A stretch of DNA of 64,000 bases from Spirochaetia bacterium (lineage in GTDB: Bacteria; Spirochaetota; Spirochaetia; SZUA-6; Bin103), in assembly GCA_965198005.1 (NCBI GenBank), contig CBDAOI010000003.1, positions 416,001-480,000 of the forward strand, given 5' to 3'. The notes under the pieces were generated by a model, which did not search any database, was not told the DNA's origin, and was given only the letters and a program-made list of their open reading frames with translations. This document shows, piece after piece, positions 55,913 through 64,000 of this stretch. A program made the translations under genes and the position numbers. Numbering within the stretch: position 1 is the stretch's first letter; every line of letters starts with the position of its first letter.

Positions 55913-57000
55913 TTACTCGGTCGTCCGATCCGACTCTTCGAGCCGTCGGCGGAGTGCCTGGAAGGCTTCCTGGTCGATACCGGTAGCCTCCTTGATGACC
56001 GACCACTCGATTCCAGCCCGCAAGAAGCTCTCGATCGTGCCAAGTTGGCCTTCCTGGCGGCCTTCCTGGCGGCCTTCCTGGCGTGGCGGCCCTCGTGGCG
56101 GCCCTCGTGGCGGCCCTCGTGGCGTCCCTTCCGGAGCCCCTCCTGGAGCCCCTCCTGGAGCAACTCCTCTGCGTAGGTCTTCATGTCTCCTCCCGGTCCT
56201 GGTACGTGCCGCCCCAACGCCTCGCCGAACTCCCTCACGTTCTGCTTGTCCTGCGTCGTAATGACATACCTCACGATGGCTCTGAACAGTTCGATCCGAC
56301 CGCTCCTGGCCAACTCGCCCATGTACTGCGCCGCCATCAGCAGCGCCGCGCGCACCTGACTCACCCGCCGCCGCGCCGCCGCCATCAGCGCAAGCTGCGC
56401 CACCCGCCCCAGCGCTTCCCCGCGCACCTCGCCCACCGCCGCCTGCGACTGGTCCACCAGCAGGTGCTCGAAGCGTGGCGTCCACGGCCACTCCCGTACC
56501 GCCTCCGCAAACAACTCCCCGAACTCCCGCGCGTGCCGCCAGCGCCGCTTACCCTGGTAGAACACGACCGGCACGATCGGCGGCAACTCCCGCCGCTTCT
56601 TGTCGGCCCGCAGGGCATCCGCCCAGACACGGCAACAGTACTCCAACAACCGGAAGCTCATCCAGCGGTTCGGCGTCGATTGATGCTCGAACAGCACGTA
56701 CAGCAACAGCCGCTGCGGCTCGCTCCCCGCCTCGCCGGCCCCCGCCTCGCCGGCCCCCGCTTGCCCAGCGCCCGCTTGGCCGTCACCCGCTTGCCACTGC
56801 ACCTCGAACAGCAGGTCGGACTGGCTGGCCTCCAGCTCTTCGTCCACGTAACTGCGATCCTGCAGGGTCAACGTCGACCAGTCCAGCCTGGTGCTCAGCC
56901 ACGCCGGCAGATTCGGGCGCAGCAAGCCGGCCGCCTCGGGCGCATTGGAGAACACTTTGCGGAACAGGTTGTCGTGCGGCTGATACAACTCGCGCGCCAT
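55913..57000 (-). pseudogene. Rpn family recombination-promoting nuclease / YhgA-like putative transposase, frameshifted in the C-terminal repeat tract
   Basis: PHDNLFRKVF, SDLLFEV, LFEHQSTP, PIVPVVFYQG; EGxxEG 12-bp repeats with a CGCCA duplication near 56080; native tail ...IEWSVIKEATG ends at 55913. Confidence 0.85.
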
Positions 57001-57149
57001 GCCGTGCGCCCGCCACCGTATTGGCGCCACGAATCGCTGTCAAACGCAATCGATGCTGCGATGCTGCGGGGTGCGAGTCGTTGTCGGTGCCGCGCTCTGC
57101 AAGCCACGTCAGCCCCTTCAGAATCGCTCAATATGAGACCTACACCCAA

Positions 57150-57350
57150 CGGATAAAGGATAGGACTGTCCTGGTTGCTCCCGTGTCAACCATGAATGTG
57201 ATCGGGCCGTATTTGCGGAGCCGCGGGAGCCTGACTCCAACGGTTAGATTCCCTCTCTCGGTGGTGGATTCAAAGGTAGGTCCGGCGCCTGCTGCGCCAG
57301 TCAGGACAGAGCGAATATCCACGGGAAAAGCATCATCGGTAGGCACACCG
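57150..57350 (-). pseudogene. retropepsin-like aspartic protease fragment
   Basis: ITFMVDTGATRTVLS motif; AT-richer patch; truncated. Confidence 0.5.
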
Positions 57351-57414
57351 TGCAACATCGGCGGAATCGGCGCAACTGGGTCTGGAAGCAAGCAAGACGG
57401 CATCGTCGAATCGG

Positions 57415-58580
57415 CGCGCGGCGCTGGACGAGGCGGACGAGACCTTCACGGTGACGCTGTCGGGCGTGTCGTCGAACGCGGAGCTGGGGAGCGGCGCGAC
57501 GGCGAAGGGCACCATCCGCGACGACGACGACCCGCCGGCGGTGTCGTTCGGGGCGGCGTCGTATGCGGTGGACGAGGGCGGCTCGGTGGAGCGGCCGGAG
57601 TGCTGGACATACCACGCCGACGGAAGCTGCCGGCCGCCGGGTCCGTACGTGCTGGTGGCATTCCGCTCCGACGCGCGCCCGGGGTACGGCGAAGTGCTGT
57701 CGGACCCGCCGGCGCCGTACGTGGGCGGCTCGGGGACGGACCGGCTGAGGTTCGCCTACCCGGTAGGCGCCGCCGAGGACGGCGCGCGGGGCGTGTGGGC
57801 CTTTAGCGACGGCATGCTGCTGCGGGGCGCAACGATCCGCACGCTGGAGGGCGGTGAGGGCGCCTCGAGGTACACGCGCACGGGGGTGTTGCAGGTCACG
57901 GTGGAGCCGCGGTCCGGCGCGTGGACGGCGGGCGACAGGGTGCGGGTGAAGGTCAGGTTCGCGGGTTCGGTGCAGTATACGCCGCCCGCGGAGCCGCAGA
58001 ACCTGGACCAGGTGGAGGTGACCGGGGGCACGCCGACGATCGGTCTGCTGCTGGGGGACCCAGCGCGGGCTGGCGCGCACGGCGTCGTACGAGAGGGGTT
58101 CGGGGACGGACACGCTCACGTTCGAGTACGCGGTGACGGGCGGCGACGGGCGGGTGAGCGCGGTGGAGGTGGTGGCCGACAGCTGGCGCGCAACGGGGCG
58201 ACGATCCGCAACGAGCGGGGCTACGACGCGGAGCTGGGTCACCTGGGTACGCTGTGGTACTCGTCGCTGGCGGATCGGCCGGGTTCGACGACGGAGCCGG
58301 TGACTATGTCGGTGGCGGACGCGCGGGTGCGCGAGGCGCCGGGTGCGACGCCGGACTTCGCGGTGACGCTGAGCCGTGCGGCAGCGGGTGCGGTGACGGT
58401 GGCCTATCGCACGGTGGACGGCAGCGCGCGTGCGGGGTCGGACTACACGGCGCGGCAGGGCACGCTGAGCTTCGCTGCGGGCGAGACGGAGCAGACGGTG
58501 CGGGTAGCGGTGCTGGACGACGCCCATGACGAGGGCGAGGAGAAGATGGGGCTGGTGCTGTACCGGGCGTCGGGCGCGAT
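57415..58580 (+). pseudogene. third, truncated copy of the adhesin trunk (Calx-beta end plus trunk, no barrel)
   Basis: 57585-58580 matches about 45557-46565 with small frameshifting deletions at about 58060 and 58183. Confidence 0.85.
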
Positions 58581-58700
58581 CTATCTGGGACGAAGAGAGC
58601 AAGGTCTTCATATCCCAAAGCAACATCTTGGGTTTGCACTTGGAAGCTGAAACCCTGGAAGAGTTTCAAGCCGCTGTGTTGGAACTAGCTCCACCAGTAT
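58580..58700 (+). pseudogene. DUF1902/HicB-like fragment
   Basis: IWDEESKVFISQSNILGLHLEAETLEEF; fused to trunk remnant at an ATCTATCT junction. Confidence 0.5.
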
Positions 58701-59148
58701 TTCACTTTCTCGCCCTCCTATCTATAGCCGGGTGTCATCGGTGGCGTTGGAGTCGGACGTGCGTGCCGAGCGGCTGGGCCTGTTCCGTAGTTCTGCCGCG
58801 GGTTGGTTACCGTGTGTTGCACCGCGATGCCGCGCTGCTGGAGGATCTCCTGCGGGGTCGCGGGTTCGTGCTGCCCGTTGACTTCGGCCATGGGTACGCT
58901 CGCTGATCCGATGGTAGCGAACTTCGCGCGTTCCGGCAAAGCACATGATCTCGTATCGCGTAACAAGAATCGCCACGACGAGGACGAACTGGAGTACGCC
59001 ATCGTGAATCGGTGTAGTGATGCAATTTGCAGCACCCTCCGCGCGCTTCAGTGCCGAAAGTGTATCGAGAAAACCGAACGATAGACTTGCAAAATGAACT
59101 GATTGTCTGCGAAACTATGTTGCTCGGAACTCGGAATAAGGATCAGGC

Positions 59149-59940
59149 ATGAGAAGAAGAACTGTTGTCAGGTGGTCAGGTGAAGACGTGACCGCCGAGA
59201 GCCCACGCGTACGCGTGTCAGGGTGTTGCTTGATAGTGGCGGCCGTGGCCGGGCTGTTGACGGTATCGTCTTGCCGCGGCTCCTCTTTCCTGGGAAACGG
59301 TGCGTCCGCGACCGTACAGGCGTCCGCGGACCTGACCGCCACACAGACCATCGCCGTGACGGTGCAAGAGCCGGAGGTGGAGAACCGAGCGCCGCAGGCG
59401 GTAGGAAGCATTGCGGCGCAGACGCTGACGGTGGGCGCGGACACGACAAGGGTGGACGTTGGCGGATACTTTCGGGACCCGGACCACGACCGACTGACGT
59501 ATGCGGCGGTATCCAGCCGCACGGATACCGTGGTGGCGAGCGCGACGGGCAGCACGGTGAGCCTGACGCCGGTGTCGGCTGGGACTGCGACGGTCACCGT
59601 CAGCGCCAGCGACGGCAGCCTGACCGCCACACAGACCATCGCCGTAACGGTGCGAGAGCCCGATCTGCCGCTGACAGGCGTGAGTGTCGAGTTGTATGGC
59701 TCGCTGGCTCGGAAGACGAGCGTACTCATTTCACCGGTACCGGCGGGCGCCCAGTTCCAGCAAGTAGGGATCAGCCACGTCCCGATGGATGCGGGAAGAG
59801 CGTGCTGCGGTTTTCTCGGGGCGTCGGCCCACTTCGAGTTCGTGTGCGCCGAAAGCTACGTCGGCGACGTCACGCTCACGGCCATTGTCGACGGGAGCAA
59901 TCGCACCTTCGAAGCGTCTGTAATCTCCACGTGTCAGTGA
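59149..59940 (+). CDS. secreted/lipoprotein with Ig/cadherin-like domain
   Basis: Hydrophobic N-terminus ending VSSC; NRAPQAVGSIAAQTL...YFRDPDHDRLTY...ATVTVSASDG; internal LTATQTIAVTV repeat. Confidence 0.7.
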   Translation: MRRRTVVRWSGEDVTAESPRVRVSGCCLIVAAVAGLLTVSSCRGSSFLGNGASATVQASADLTATQTIAVTVQEPEVENRAPQAVGSIAAQTLTVGADTTRVDVGGYFRDPDHDRLTYAAVSSRTDTVVASATGSTVSLTPVSAGTATVTVSASDGSLTATQTIAVTVREPDLPLTGVSVELYGSLARKTSVLISPVPAGAQFQQVGISHVPMDAGRACCGFLGASAHFEFVCAESYVGDVTLTAIVDGSNRTFEASVISTCQ

Positions 59941-60052
59941 CCCCGGCCGTGCTGCGCTCGAAGCGCAACTCCAACGCTTCCCGGATACTGTCCAGGAGCC
60001 CGCGCTGCCTTCCTGACCGTGCCGACTCGTCGCGTAGAGGTTAAGATACGCC

Positions 60053-61664
60053 ATGGTCAGGGGCCGGCTGCCGATCGGGATACAGACCTTCCGCAAGCTC
60101 CGGGAGCGGAACTGCTACTACGTCGACAAGACGGCTTACATAGACCGGCTGCTCCACGAGGGCACGCACTACTTTCTGTCGCGGCCGCGGCGGTTCGGCA
60201 AGAGCCTGTTCCTGGACACGCTGAAGGAGCTGTTCGAGGGCAACGAGGATACTGTTCGCGGGGCTCTACATCCACCAGCGCCACAACTGGACGGAGCGCC
60301 ATCCGGTGGTGCGGCTGAGCTTCGGCGGTGGCAACTTCAAGGAGCCGGGGGAACTGCACGAGGACGTGATGCTCCAACTGGAGGATCTGGAGGAAGAGGC
60401 TGAGATCGCGGTCCGCCGAGTGAGCGCCCCGGCGCGCCTGCGCCGCTTGCTGCAGGCGCTGCATCGCAAGACCCGGCGGCGGGTGGCGGTGCTGGTGGAC
60501 GAGTACGACAAGCCGATCCTGGACGCGCTGGTGGAGAAGCCGGAGGTGGCGCGCGCCAACCGCGACTACCTGCTCGGATTGTACGGGGTGATCAAGGACT
60601 CAGACGCGCACGTGGAGTTCACGTTCCTGACCGGCATCACCAAGTTCTCGAAGGTGAACCTGTTCTCGCAATTGAACAACCTCACCGACCTGACGCTGGA
60701 TCCGGTCTATTCGGCGATCTGCGGCTACACGGAGCGGGATCTGGACACGGTGTTCGCGCCGGAGTTGGGCGGCCTGGACCGGGAGCAGGTGCGGGAGTGG
60801 TACAACGGCTACCGCTGGCGCGGGGAGGAGAAGGTGTACAACCCGTACGACGTGCTGCTGCTGTTCGACAGCCGCGAGTTCGCGGCGCACTGGTTCGAGA
60901 CCGGGACGCCGGCGTTCCTGGTGGAGACGCTGTTCGAGCGGCGGGTGTCCACGGTTTCGCTGGACGAGATGGTGAGCACCGCGGAGCTGCTGTCGACCTT
61001 CGACGTGGAGGCGATCGGCACGGAGGCGCTGCTGTTCCAGACCGGCTACCTGACCATCACGGGGGAAGAGGAGCTGGGCGGCATGGCGCTGTACCGGCTG
61101 GGCTATCCGAACCGGGAGGTGCGGCAGAGCCTGAACCGGGTGCTGTTGCGCCGGCTGGTGCAGGACCCGGCGCGGCAGACGGCGAACAGCATCCGCCTGG
61201 CGCGTCTGCTGGACGCGGTCGATTGCGAAGGCCTGCGAGGTCTGTTCCATGCCTTCTTCGCGAGCATCCCGTACGAATGGCACACGAACAACGACATCGC
61301 CGACTACGAAGGCTTTTGCGCGAGCGTGTTCTACTCGTACTTCGCGGCGCTGGGGTACGAGATCGTGGTGGAGGAGTCGAGCAGCCACGGGCGGCTGGAC
61401 CTGGCGGTGCGTGCCGGCGGGCAGGTATACCTGTTCGAGTTCAAGGTGGTGGAGCTGGCGCCGCCGGGGTCTGCGCTGGCGCAGTTGCAGGAGCGGGACT
61501 ACGCGGCCAAGTACCGGGGCGGGGGCGAGCCGGTCCGGATGGGAGGCAACCGCCCCCGCTCGGAGCCAGCCGGTCTCGGCGAGGGGCAACCGATCCACCT
61601 GATCGGGGTGGAGTTCAGCCGCGACACCCGCAACGTGACCGCGTTCGAGGTGACCGCCGGCTGA
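60053..61664 (+). pseudogene. AAA-ATPase/PD-(D/E)XK copy 4, +1 frameshift at about 60250 and 60-bp in-frame insertion near the C-terminus
   Basis: GAGGATACTG vs GAGGAACTG in copy 1; extra VRMGGNRPRSEPAGLGEGQP. Confidence 0.85.
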
Positions 61665-61689
61665 CGGCACCCGCGCGCCGCCGCGCTAC

Positions 61690-61910
61690 CGCACCTTCGC
61701 CGTCAGATGACCCACGTGCTCAAGGTATGGCATGTCGACCCCCTTCCTGGAGACCTTCATCAACCAAGAAACGCGAAGGCGTCGCGCTCGCAAGGCGTCC
61801 TTGGCGATCCGGCGGCGCTGCTCCGGCGTGAGTGCCGCAGCGCGGGCGGCGCCTCCCGCCTTGCCGCCGGCCTGCTTGGCCGTGTCGACGTACTTGCCCG
61901 AGCACGACTT
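61690..61910 (-). pseudogene. remnant of an IS-associated small basic protein
   Basis: AGGKAGGAARAAALTPEQRRRIAK, same family as 49142-49378. Confidence 0.5.
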
Positions 61911-62010
61911 CCGGCTGACCGGCACCGTGCGCTGGTAGCGCCGTCCTGGGGCCGCGCCCCCGACCGGTGAACCGGGAACGCGGCCGGGAGCGGACTTGGC
62001 GCCGCGCCGA

Positions 62011-63219
62011 TCAATCGCTCCCATCGTTTATGGTGACCGTTCTCGTAACGCTGGATACCGCGTAGGAATCATCGAAAGCGTATAGCGAGATCGTGAGGGA
62101 CCTCGACGGCACGTCGACGCCGTCCGCCTGCACAGTGAAGAACGCTTGATCGGTCGTTTCCCCGCTGGCGAACGAGAAGGCGTACCTATCAGAGCCAGCG
62201 GCATACGAGTCGGCGAAGATCACGCTCCCTTCGATCTTCTCGGTCGGCGCCGGGCTGGCGCTCAACGTGACAAAAATGGTATCACCTTCCGGTACCGCGC
62301 TTGCCGAAACGTTTGTGATGCTCACGGTCGGCCTGCCGCCCGGCGGAGGATCGTCCGGATCATCGTCCGGCGGTGTCACAGTCTCGTCGTTGTCGGTAAC
62401 GGTTACCCTGGCCGGGTTGGGGCGGGCGACCGTGTAGCCGATGCCGCGGTTCACCGTTGCGGTCACCGTGCTGTCGCGCTCGTCCGTAGTGTCGTCGACG
62501 GTGTCCACCGTCCACGTCTGCGAGGTCTCCCCGGGTCCGATGATCCAGAACATGGGCAGCTCCGCGGAGGACGACAGCGTGTCGCCGGTTTCCGTGACCG
62601 TCACGCTCACCTCCAGATTCTCCGCCGGCGCCGGATTGGCTGTGATGGTGAACGACACCGCGTCGCCCTCGGTCACGCGACCATCGACGGCCGCGATCGT
62701 CACGTGCGGCAACTCCGGCGTCGCCGGCGGCAGCGTCGGCCTCGGCGTCGGCCTCGGCCCCGGCGTCGGCGTGGACGTCCCGTCATTGTCTGCCACCGTC
62801 ACCTCGGCCGAGTTGGAGGAGCCGATCCTGTAGCCGGTGCCGGGGTTCACCGTTGCGGTCACCCTGACGTTGGACTCGTCCGCTTCATCGTTGTCGGTGT
62901 CGAGCCGCAGCGTCGCGGTGGTCTGCCCGGCGGCGATCGTGACGTTCTGCGGCAGCTCGGCCGCGGCCAGCGCGGCTCCGATCTCCGTGACCGTCACCCT
63001 CACCACCAGGTCGGTAATCGGCGCCGGCCTGGCGGTAACCGTGAACGATACGCTCTCGCCCTCGATCACCCGAGGCTGGTCGGCCGTGATCGTCACCTGA
63101 GGACGAGTCTGGTCCGAAACCGAGCATGCGGCCACCATCAGCATGGTGAGCAGCAGCGCTGTGCCGTATGCCCGCGAGCGGAACGCGCGGGGCTTCCTGC
63201 CGACGTACTGAAGCGTCAT
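62011..63219 (-). CDS. Calx-beta/Ig-like domain lipoprotein
   Basis: Lipobox VAAC; three VTI...V.EG..V.FT repeats (TVDDTTDERDSTVTATV) with Pro-rich linkers; GGAAGGAG RBS. Confidence 0.8.
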   Translation of the reverse strand: MTLQYVGRKPRAFRSRAYGTALLLTMLMVAACSVSDQTRPQVTITADQPRVIEGESVSFTVTARPAPITDLVVRVTVTEIGAALAAAELPQNVTIAAGQTTATLRLDTDNDEADESNVRVTATVNPGTGYRIGSSNSAEVTVADNDGTSTPTPGPRPTPRPTLPPATPELPHVTIAAVDGRVTEGDAVSFTITANPAPAENLEVSVTVTETGDTLSSSAELPMFWIIGPGETSQTWTVDTVDDTTDERDSTVTATVNRGIGYTVARPNPARVTVTDNDETVTPPDDDPDDPPPGGRPTVSITNVSASAVPEGDTIFVTLSASPAPTEKIEGSVIFADSYAAGSDRYAFSFASGETTDQAFFTVQADGVDVPSRSLTISLYAFDDSYAVSSVTRTVTINDGSD

Positions 63220-63299
63220 GGTTCTTGCTCCTTCCCTATTTATTTACCGGAGGATTTACTGGAACAAAACCGTGAACGAAGTTCAGAGAAAAGCAGACA

Positions 63300-63369
63300 C
63301 ACCGGTGCTGCAAAATGCAGCACCGGTGATGCAAAATGCAGCAGCCAAGTGCTGCAAATTGCATCACCT
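63300..63369. promoter_or_regulatory. triple palindromic operator-like site GTG(C/A)TGCA-N3-TGCA(G/T)CAC
   Basis: CACCGGTGCTGCA-AAA-TGCAGCACCGGTG perfect inverted repeat plus two more copies; single copies at 31392-31410 and 59016-59036. Confidence 0.6.
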
Positions 63370-63604
63370 GATTCACGGGAATGTCGTTGTGAAGAACTGG
63401 CGTTCGTTCGATTGCAATAGACCATGTTCTTCCCCCCCAATGAGAATCGGTATCCGATCGTTTGTACCTTAGTAACATGCTGCTTTTCCACGCGGTATCA
63501 GGAGCTACAGGAGCTGTTCCCGGAGATCATCCTGAAGCCAATTGTGTCCAATTGACTGTTGTGATTTCCTCCCATGATGGCCTGTGAGGCGGCGGCGCAA
63601 TCTC

Positions 63605-64000
63605 GTGGCCGATTGGATTCCCCGCTTGGTTGAGCGACAGATCGAGGCGGCCCTGCAGCGGGCGCCGGCGGTGCTGCTGGCTGGTCCTCGAAAGGTGGGG
63701 AAGTCGGCCCTGGCACGGCGCCTGGTGGCGCAGCGTGGCGCCGGTGGCGATCGCTGCCCGCACTATCTGTTGCTCGGATCGGCGGCCGGCGAGCTGTTGC
63801 CGCGGCGGGAGGCTCTCGGCGGCCGGGGCACGCAGGTGGAGATGACGCCGCTGCTGCAGGAAGAGGCCGCCCGCGCGCAGGTGCCGCTCGGTGAGCTGTG
63901 GCTGCGCGGAGGGTTTCCCGGCAGCGTTACCGCGCCCGCGGCCGGCGCCAGCCTGCGCCGGCGGCAGGAACTGATCCGTTCGTACCTCGACGGGGAAGTG
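63605..64000 (+). CDS. AAA_14/DUF4143-type ATP-binding protein, 3'-truncated by window, Walker B segment apparently deleted
   Basis: Translated by hand: PAVLLAGPRKVGKSALAR...YLLLGSA...LWLRGGFPGS...YL; no hhhhDE between Walker A and LLLGS. Confidence 0.7.
   Translation, partial: MADWIPRLVERQIEAALQRAPAVLLAGPRKVGKSALARRLVAQRGAGGDRCPHYLLLGSAAGELLPRREALGGRGTQVEMTPLLQEEAARAQVPLGELWLRGGFPGSVTAPAAGASLRRRQELIRSYLDGEV

Larger units (their letters stand above)
58785..61664. repeat. long direct repeat, right copy (matches 31094-33420)
   Basis: 59449-60248 matches 31410-32209; AAA genes colinear thereafter. Confidence 0.9.

Noticed and set aside
31094-61664. Diversity-generating retroelement or integron explanation for the repeats
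   Set aside because: No reverse transcriptase, no evident adenine-specific TR/VR pattern, no integrase or attC-like sites recognised

Overview
High-GC bacterial window, probably from a host-associated (sponge-symbiont-like, possibly spirochaete) genome; this assignment is inference. (1) 1-5270: sulfate-activation operon (Rrf2 regulator, APS reductase cysH, cysD, cysN with a degenerate APS-kinase tail, cobA-hemD). (2) 5271-17071: defence/mobile island with split XRE-ImmA remnants, a DUF222-HNH gene, a PLD-SNF2 helicase, an N6-MTase/type-ISP specificity protein fused to a LexA-type S24 peptidase domain, a truncated OLD-like ATPase and higB'/higA. (3) 17205-21373: AT-richer peptide/nickel-type ABC cassette. 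(4) 22309-30774: era, TetR, cysteate synthase plus cysteate acyltransferase (capnine/sulfonolipid CapA/CapB-like pair), apbE, clpP, purC and an EEP lipoprotein. (5) 31094-64000: a surface-protein variation island bounded by long direct repeats. Secreted Ig/LRR/Calx-beta/SRCR proteins, including a ~4190-aa autotransporter-like adhesin with 9 x 831-bp repeats and three copies of a shared C-terminal trunk, alternate with four near-identical AAA-ATPase/PD-(D/E)XK genes, an Rpn gene and IS remnants. Many frameshifts could be real decay or assembly error. No rRNA, tRNA, CRISPR array, reverse transcriptase or integrase was recognised.
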